Source of the DNA: Planctomycetota bacterium
GTDB taxonomy: Bacteria; Planctomycetota; SZUA-567; H5-PLA8
DNA: 17,977 bases
Direction of reading: 5' to 3'
Assembly (NCBI GenBank): GCA_045863855.1
Contig: BTVV01000125.1
Location: 1-17,977 of the forward strand
In this document: in pieces, positions 1-6,355 of the stretch
Layout: every line of letters begins with the position of its first letter
Numbering within the stretch: position 1 is the stretch's first letter
The notes under the pieces: generated by a model
Databases searched by the model: none
What the model was told of the DNA's origin: nothing
Seen by the model: only the letters and a program-made list of their open reading frames with translations
Position numbers and translations under genes: made by a program

Positions 1-74
1 CTCCGTTGCGCTCTGCCACAAGGGGCCAACCGACGGACGGTATTCGAATTCCAAGTCAGGGTGCGTCTACCCCG

Positions 75-326
75 ATGCCTGCCGACTCAGCACCCGCACC
101 GCCTAGAGAAGGGCGTTGCCCGCGCTGCGGCAAGCGCTTCGCTTACACGTCCGTCAAGGCCCACAAGCCTTTCCCTTTCTGCTCTCCCAAGTGCCGCAAC
201 GTCGATCTGGGCTTATGGTTCCGTGAAGAGTACAAAATCTCCGCGCCGCTCCAGCCCGGCTCGAACGAAGTCGAAGAAGATCAAGATCCCCCGGAAGGCG
301 ACTTTGACGACGGCACGGGCGGGTAG
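75..326 (+). CDS. yacG: DNA gyrase inhibitor YacG-family zinc-finger protein
   Basis: CPRC...PFPFCSPKC..DLGLWFREEY matches the YacG C4 zinc finger (CPxC...PFCSxxCxxxDLGxW), followed by an acidic tail. Start placed at ATG 75; the ORF track extends to TTG 6. Confidence 0.9.
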   Translation: MPADSAPAPPREGRCPRCGKRFAYTSVKAHKPFPFCSPKCRNVDLGLWFREEYKISAPLQPGSNEVEEDQDPPEGDFDDGTGG

Positions 327-346
327 CGGCCCGCACAATAGGATTA

Positions 347-375
347 TTGAAATAAACCCCTGCGGGTGATATATT
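347..375 (+). promoter_or_regulatory. sigma70-type promoter upstream of the tatA pair
   Basis: TTGAAA (347-352), 17-nt spacer, TATATT (370-375), with extended -10 TG at 367-368, in an AT-rich patch about 70 nt upstream of tatA. Confidence 0.75.
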
Positions 376-442
376 TAGTGCGTGTGCCGCTGGCCGGATT
401 CGGCTCGACCGGATTGGCCGCGCGCCGTCTGGAGCTGCGCTC

Positions 443-658
443 ATGATGACCTTAGCCTTCCTTCAGAATATGGGGATGTGGGAATGGATCGTCATTCTCA
501 TCGTAGTCCTGCTGATATTCGGAAGCCGCCTGCCGGGACTGGGCCGCTCGCTGGGCCGTTCGGTCAACGAGTTCAAGACCGGACTTAAGGAAGGTCAGGA
601 AGAAGGTGCCGCAGAGGCCAAGACCACGCCGCCGGCGGAAGCCGCCAAGAAAGATTGA
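443..658 (+). CDS. tatA: Twin-arginine translocase TatA/TatE-family subunit
   Basis: Single short TM helix (EWIVILIVVLLIFG), FG hinge, RLP, and amphipathic helix GRSLGRSVNEFKTG. Confidence 0.93.
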   Translation: MMTLAFLQNMGMWEWIVILIVVLLIFGSRLPGLGRSLGRSVNEFKTGLKEGQEEGAAEAKTTPPAEAAKKD

Positions 659-708
659 GGCCTCTTTTCCGGTCGCCGTCTGCCTGTTCGGACACAGGAG
701 CCGTAGTG

Positions 709-1053
709 ATGCAGTCCTTCGCATTCCTATCCAACCTTGGCGGCACGGAGATCGTCGTCATCGCGGTGATTGCGTTGCTGCTCTTCGGAAAGCGGCTGCC
801 CGAGGTCGCCAGAAATTTCGGCAAGGGCATGGCCGAATTCAAGCGCGGCATGAACGAAGCGACTTCCGAGGTCAAGCGCGAGATGGATCAGGCCGCCGAT
901 GCCGCGGAAGCCGCCAAGCGCGAAGTAGAAGCCGACGTGCAGAAGATGGACGCCGAGGCGGCCAAACCGGACTCCGGCACTCCAAAGGCCGTCGTATCGC
1001 CCGAACCGGTTCCGCCCGAAAAGGCGCCCATTCACGAAGTCGATCCTGCCTGA
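709..1053 (+). CDS. tatA: Second TatA/TatB-family subunit with extended C-terminal helix
   Basis: TEIVVIAVIALLLFGKRLPEVARNFGKGMAEFKRG. AGGAG SD at 696-700 supports ATG 709 (GTG 706 is an alternative). Confidence 0.88.
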   Translation: MQSFAFLSNLGGTEIVVIAVIALLLFGKRLPEVARNFGKGMAEFKRGMNEATSEVKREMDQAADAAEAAKREVEADVQKMDAEAAKPDSGTPKAVVSPEPVPPEKAPIHEVDPA

Positions 1054-1130
1054 CCCGATTTTACTCCGCCACTTTCTCCGACCAGAAAACCCGCTAAGGT
1101 AGCGGCGTGCGCGTTCGATCGCGCACGCGC

Positions 1131-3554
1131 ATGAATGAGCGAAACGATCTCATCCTGAGCGACCTCAACCCGCCGCAGCGCGAGGCGGTGGAGACGCTCG
1201 AAGGACCGCTCCTGATCCTGGCCGGCGCCGGGTCGGGCAAGACGCGCGTCGTCACGCGCCGCATCGCAAACCTCATCCGGCACGGCGCGCGGCCCTGGCA
1301 GATCCTGGCCATCACCTTCACGAATAAAGCCGCCGGCGAGATGCGCCACCGCGTCGAGGACCTGGTGGGCGGCGCGGGCGTCTGGATCAGCACCTTTCAC
1401 AGCTTCTGCGCGCGGTTGCTCCGGCGCGAAGCGACGCACCTGGGTCTCACGCCCGACTTCACGATCTACGACGAGGACGACGCCGAACGCGTCCTGAAGG
1501 ACGTCGCGAAGACGATGAATCTGGAAGATCAGCGCTATTCGCCGCGCAAGCTGCGGGGCACGATCTCGCATTTGAAGTCCCAAGTCGTACAGCCACGGGA
1601 CCTGGCCGGCGGCACGTTCCACGAGCGTCTGCTCAAGGAAGTCTACGAAGGCTACGTGAACGCCTTGCAGCGCAACCAAGCCATGGACTTCGACGACCTG
1701 CTGCTGCGCGCCGTCGACCTGCTTCAGACCAATCCCGAAGTGCTCGCACGCACGCGCGACCGCTTCCGTTACGTGCTGGTGGACGAATACCAAGACACCA
1801 ACGGCTGCCAATACCATCTCGTTAAACTCCTGGGCCAGCAGCACCGCAACGTCTGCGCAACCGGCGATCCGGACCAGTCGATCTACGCTTGGCGCGGAGC
1901 CGACGTGCGCAACATCCTCTCCTTCGAACAGGATTTCCCAGAAGCCCGCGTGGTGCGGCTGGAGCAAAATTACCGCAGCACCAAGCACGTCCTCGCGGTC
2001 GCGCAAGCCGTCATCCAGCACAACACCCAGCGCAAAGAACGCGACCTCTGGACCGAGAATCCGGAAGGCCCGAAAGTGGCGCTCAAGGTGGTGGGCGACG
2101 CCGAGTTGGAAGCCTACGAAGTCGTCAAGCGGATCGGCGCGCTGGAGAAGAGCGGCCGGCGGCACAGCGAAGTCGCGATCTTTTACCGCACCAATGCACA
2201 GAGCCGGCCTTTCGAGACCGCACTGATTCAGGCCGCGATCCCTTACCAGCTCATCGGCGGAACCCCCTTCTACGAGCGGCGCGAAGTGAAAGACGTGCTG
2301 GCCTACCTGCGCCTGATCGTCAACCCGAAGGACGACGTCAGCTTTACCCGCGTGATCAACACGCCGCGCCGCGGGATCGGCGACAAGACGGTCGATCTGA
2401 TCGCACAGCACGCCGCTCGGCTGGGCTGTTCGATGCTGGAGGCGCTCGACCACGAAGACTGGATGCGCAGCGAGTTGAAGCCCAAGGCGCGCAAAGACCT
2501 CTTCGCTTTCGCGCGGCTGATGGACGGCCTGCGTGCGCTGCCGCGTCATCCTGTCCGCGACGTGACGATCCGGGTTGTCGAAGATTCCGGGCTCAAGACC
2601 GCCCTCGAGCAGGCCGGCGAAGACGAACGCATCGAGAACGTGGAGCAGTTGGTCAACGCCGCCGCGCAGTACGATACCGATCATCCGCAGCCCGATGAAA
2701 ACACCGAACCGGACGAGCCCGGCGCGCTCGACGGCGCCGAGGACCGGCCCGTCCCGGGCCCTTCGCTCTCCGGCTTCCTGGAAAACGCGGCGCTGGTGGC
2801 AAGCACCGATTCGTACGAAGTCGGCGCCGACCGTGTCACGCTGATGACGCTGCATATGGCCAAGGGTCTGGAATTTCCCGTCGTCTTCCTGGGCGGCATG
2901 GAGGAAGGCCTGCTGCCGCTCATTCGAGCGCCGCAGGGGTCGGGGCTGCCCGGAAAAGAAGAAGAGGACGAAGCGCAGCAGAAGCTCGCACTAGAGGAAG
3001 AGCGGCGCCTCTTTTACGTCGGCGTCACGCGCGCCATGGGGCAACTCACGCTGCTGCGGACGCATTACCGCGCCCGTTACGGGCGCAGCGAGCACAGCGT
3101 GCCGTCGCGCTTTCTCGACGAGATCCCGCCCGAGTTGCTGGAGGTGGAGGAAGACGAAAGCTCGTTCTCGGGCGGATTCGGCGGGCGCGACTGGCGCCGC
3201 TCTTTAGCCGGTCTGGGCTCGCTCCAAAAGCCGCCGGCTCGCTCCTTCGAGCCCAAGCCCGCCGCACGCGGCGGCGGTCCGGCGCGTTCCTTCGAGGAGT
3301 TCGAAGCCGAGTTGGACGACTTCGCGCGCGATCGGGCCGAACCGCCAGCGGTGACCGAAGGAATCGATACCAGCGACGGGCAGCTCGAAGACTGCGGCTT
3401 CGGCGTCGGCGACCGCGTCCTGCACCCCAAGTTCGGGATCGGCCGCATCGAATCCTTCAGCGGCGGAGGGCTCTCGCGCAAAGTCACCGTGTACTTCCAG
3501 AAAGTCGGCAAGAAGCAGTTGCTGCTCTCGCTTTCGCGTCTGCAACGAGCCTGA
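1131..3554 (+). CDS. pcrA: ATP-dependent DNA helicase PcrA/UvrD (SF1A)
   Basis: AGAGSGKT (I), TFTNKAA (Ia), VDEYQD (II), GDPDQSIY (III), LEQNYRS (IV), TLHMAKGLEF (V), EERRLFYVGVTRA (VI), and a C-terminal Tudor-like GDRVLHPKFGIG domain. Start at ATG 1131 (GTG 1107 is an alternative). Confidence 0.96.
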   Translation: MNERNDLILSDLNPPQREAVETLEGPLLILAGAGSGKTRVVTRRIANLIRHGARPWQILAITFTNKAAGEMRHRVEDLVGGAGVWISTFHSFCARLLRREATHLGLTPDFTIYDEDDAERVLKDVAKTMNLEDQRYSPRKLRGTISHLKSQVVQPRDLAGGTFHERLLKEVYEGYVNALQRNQAMDFDDLLLRAVDLLQTNPEVLARTRDRFRYVLVDEYQDTNGCQYHLVKLLGQQHRNVCATGDPDQSIYAWRGADVRNILSFEQDFPEARVVRLEQNYRSTKHVLAVAQAVIQHNTQRKERDLWTENPEGPKVALKVVGDAELEAYEVVKRIGALEKSGRRHSEVAIFYRTNAQSRPFETALIQAAIPYQLIGGTPFYERREVKDVLAYLRLIVNPKDDVSFTRVINTPRRGIGDKTVDLIAQHAARLGCSMLEALDHEDWMRSELKPKARKDLFAFARLMDGLRALPRHPVRDVTIRVVEDSGLKTALEQAGEDERIENVEQLVNAAAQYDTDHPQPDENTEPDEPGALDGAEDRPVPGPSLSGFLENAALVASTDSYEVGADRVTLMTLHMAKGLEFPVVFLGGMEEGLLPLIRAPQGSGLPGKEEEDEAQQKLALEEERRLFYVGVTRAMGQLTLLRTHYRARYGRSEHSVPSRFLDEIPPELLEVEEDESSFSGGFGGRDWRRSLAGLGSLQKPPARSFEPKPAARGGGPARSFEEFEAELDDFARDRAEPPAVTEGIDTSDGQLEDCGFGVGDRVLHPKFGIGRIESFSGGGLSRKVTVYFQKVGKKQLLLSLSRLQRA

Positions 3555-3559
3555 CGGTC

Positions 3560-4009
3560 ATGGCGCGCGCGACCCTCTCGCTCTCCGTAGCATTGCGCAC
3601 CGAAGCGATCGTCTACGCGCGCGAGGCGCTGCCCGAAGAAGCGTGCGGCTTCCTGCTCGGAATCGAAGCCGCTCCGGATGCGTTTCGCGCCGAAGCGATA
3701 ACCGCTGCACGCAACCTGCACCCGCATCGCGAAGACCGTTTCCTGATCGATCCTTTGGAGTACGCGAAGGCCGAGCGGCGCTGCGCGCGGCATGCGGGTT
3801 GGCGCGTGCTGGGGTTCTGGCATTCGCACCCGGCCAGCCCACCGCGCCCCTCGCCGATCGACTTGGAGCAGGCACAAGGCCTGCACGCGAGTTTCCCCGC
3901 GCGTTACGTGTACGTCATCGTGTCGCTGGAATTTCCCGACGCGCCAGCGGTGGCCGCATGGCGGCTCGACGCGCAAGCCGCGGCGTTCGAAGCACTCGGC
4001 CTGAGGTAG
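3560..4009 (+). CDS. M67-family JAB/MPN+ (JAMM) metallopeptidase, Mec-like
   Basis: PEEACGFLLG plus HSHPASPPRPSPID is a complete E...HxHx7SxxD motif. Confidence 0.92.
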   Translation: MARATLSLSVALRTEAIVYAREALPEEACGFLLGIEAAPDAFRAEAITAARNLHPHREDRFLIDPLEYAKAERRCARHAGWRVLGFWHSHPASPPRPSPIDLEQAQGLHASFPARYVYVIVSLEFPDAPAVAAWRLDAQAAAFEALGLR

Positions 4010-4013
4010 CCGC

Positions 4014-5255
4014 TCAGCCGCCTCGCGGCTGCGGACCTTCGAGCCCGCGTTTGCGCTTCCGCATTGGGCGCTCGGACGGCGAAGGCGCGGGCTTGGCTCC
4101 GAACAGTTCCTTTACCGATCCGAGCAACTGGCCCAACGCGGCTTGCGGCTTCGCCGCGGGAGACGCGGCATCCGCTTCGAAGCGCCGGCGCTTGTGCCCG
4201 GGCTTCGCTTCTGGATTCGTCGCGGCCGGGGTGCGCGCGGCGGGCAGCAGTTTGCGCGAAGAACCCACCGCTGGCCGGGTGCTCGAGGAACTGCCGCCGT
4301 CGCGCTTCGCGCCGTGGCCTTCGGAGCTCGGCCGTGCAAAGAGCAAGTCCTCGCCGGCCAGCAGCCGTTCGATATCCGTCGCCAAGGCGCGCGCGCTGCG
4401 GTAACGCGCCTCGGGCTCCTTCTGCATCAGCTTCTGGCACACCAGCGCCGCCTTTGGCGAGACCTTCGAGTTTTGCTTGCGCGGATCGGGGACCGGCGCG
4501 GTGACGTGCTGGCGCATGATGGCTTGGGATTCGACGCCGTCGTACGGAATCCGCCCGGTGAGCATCTGGAAAAAAACCACGCCCAGGGAGTACAAATCGG
4601 CGGCGGGCGTCAGCCGGGCGACGCCGCAGGCCTGCTCCGGCGCGATGTAAAACGGCGTGCCCACCGTGTATTCGGTGTGTTCTTGCTCCGCCCCGGGCGC
4701 GCATTTCATCCAGGTTCCGGCCAGCCCGAAGTCGGCCAGCTTGGCCGAACCCTTCGCATCCAGGAGCACGTTGTCCGGCTTCACGTCTCGATGCAGCACT
4801 TCCTGCCCGTGGGCATGCTCCAGCGCCCGAGCGACCTGCAAGGCGATGCGCAGCGCCTCGCGTTCGCGTAAAAGCCGCCCGGTCTCGGTCAGTTTTTGGT
4901 CCAGCGAAGGCCCGTCCACGAATTCCATCGAACAGAACAACGTCCCGGCCAGTTCCCCGGCGTCGTAGCCGCGGACGATGTGCGGATGATCCAGCCGCGC
5001 GACGGATTGCATTTCCTGCAAGAATCGGAGCCTGAATTGAGGATCCTGAGCCAGGGACGGGCGCAGGAATTTCAGCGCCACCAGGCGATCCATTAAAAGA
5101 TGGCGCGCTTTGTAGACGACGCCGATACCGCCGCTGCCGACGGGATCGAGGATCTCGTAGGAGCCCAGCACCGCGCCAAACGCGAGCAGATTAAGCTCGC
5201 TGCGCGCCGGCCGGACTCGCTCCACGGCCCTTTTTTCCAACTCGGCCTGCCGCAT
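4014..5255 (-). CDS. Hanks-type serine/threonine protein kinase, apparently cytoplasmic
   Basis: GSGGIGVV, VALK, HRDVKPDN, DFG, GTPFYIAPE and DLYSLG are all intact; no TM segment. Start is uncertain (ATG 5255 or TTG 5279). Confidence 0.93.
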   Translation of the reverse strand: MRQAELEKRAVERVRPARSELNLLAFGAVLGSYEILDPVGSGGIGVVYKARHLLMDRLVALKFLRPSLAQDPQFRLRFLQEMQSVARLDHPHIVRGYDAGELAGTLFCSMEFVDGPSLDQKLTETGRLLREREALRIALQVARALEHAHGQEVLHRDVKPDNVLLDAKGSAKLADFGLAGTWMKCAPGAEQEHTEYTVGTPFYIAPEQACGVARLTPAADLYSLGVVFFQMLTGRIPYDGVESQAIMRQHVTAPVPDPRKQNSKVSPKAALVCQKLMQKEPEARYRSARALATDIERLLAGEDLLFARPSSEGHGAKRDGGSSSSTRPAVGSSRKLLPAARTPAATNPEAKPGHKRRRFEADAASPAAKPQAALGQLLGSVKELFGAKPAPSPSERPMRKRKRGLEGPQPRGG

Positions 5256-5640
5256 ACGCTTTCCAGCTCCTTCACGCAAGACTTCCCCTCCACCGGTCGT
5301 CGAAGCACATCCAAGGCCAACTCCGCACGGCGCAGCAGGGGGTCCGCTGAACCGACGGCTTTCTCCGAAAGTGCTCCCACTTCCATTTGCTACGAACCCT
5401 ATCCGATCCCAATGAGGACACGGTTAAGGTACGTTTTCCTTTGGATGGCGGATTCGAATCAGGCGTTGGGCTTGGGGTTAGATCGTCGATTCCTTGTGTC
5501 CACGCGAGGTGCAGCGGACGGGCCGTGCCCTGTGATTGCTTTACCGCGACCACACTGCGTAGCCTTACCTAACCAGAAAACAGGGTGCACGCAGTGCAGC
5601 GGGATGTGTCTCTTGCCACGTTTTCAGCAAGCTGTGCAAA

Positions 5641-6318
5641 TCAGGACGTCCGATCTTCCGAATTCTTGGAATCCAAAGGCTTTGAATCGGCGCGTTCCGC
5701 GCCAGGTACGATCGCTGAATCCGCGTAGCGCTTGGCGCTTTTTCGGACGCTCGCGACTTCCCACCAGATCCAGCCGAGCACGATCAGGACGAGCCCGAGC
5801 ATGAATTCGGTCTTGTATTCAGCCATCATGGCTTCGGCCTCCGTCCCGAAGCGGTAGCCGAGGTAGATCGAGATCGGTGCGGTGATGGCCGCACGCAGGA
5901 AATCGAGGAGCAGGAAGCGAAAGTAGGAAACGTGGAGCCATCCGCAGAGAAAGAAAGTCGGCGCGCGCACGCCGGCCAGGAATCCGGCCAGAAAGATCGT
6001 CTTGTTCCCATGTTTGTCGAAGAAGGCTTGGGCCTGTTTCAGGCGCGCGGGCACGCCCAAACGGACGAGCCATTTGTTTTGCGAAATTCCAGGTCCGAAG
6101 CGGCGGCCCAGGTAGTACGTCAAGCTGTCGCCGCACAAGATGCCTACCAAGGCCATGCAGATCATCAGCGCCAAGGAGCCGTCGATCTTGGCGAGCGCAA
6201 AGCCGGCCAACAGAAATACGGCCTCCTCGGGCACGGGCAACCCCATGCCGCATAAGATGAGCGTGATCAACACGGCCAGATAGGAGCCGTGTTCGAAAAA
6301 GGGTTCCAGCCACTCCAA
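5641..6318 (-). CDS. DedA-family membrane protein
   Basis: GMGLPVPEEAVFLLAG, GDSLTYYLGRRFG, FFDKHGNKTIF...GVR and hydrophobic helices; TTG start preceded by AGGA. Confidence 0.92.
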   Translation of the reverse strand: MEWLEPFFEHGSYLAVLITLILCGMGLPVPEEAVFLLAGFALAKIDGSLALMICMALVGILCGDSLTYYLGRRFGPGISQNKWLVRLGVPARLKQAQAFFDKHGNKTIFLAGFLAGVRAPTFFLCGWLHVSYFRFLLLDFLRAAITAPISIYLGYRFGTEAEAMMAEYKTEFMLGLVLIVLGWIWWEVASVRKSAKRYADSAIVPGAERADSKPLDSKNSEDRTS

Positions 6319-6355
6319 GGTGGATTCCTAGCAGGAGCCAACGAGCAACCGTACT

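Noticed and set aside
392..419. Imperfect hairpin in the tatA 5' UTR
   Set aside because: GC-rich with several G-U pairs and a bulge; expected by chance and no riboswitch motif recognised.
1032..2855. 607-aa minus-strand ORF
   Set aside because: Antisense shadow of pcrA with no independent evidence of coding.
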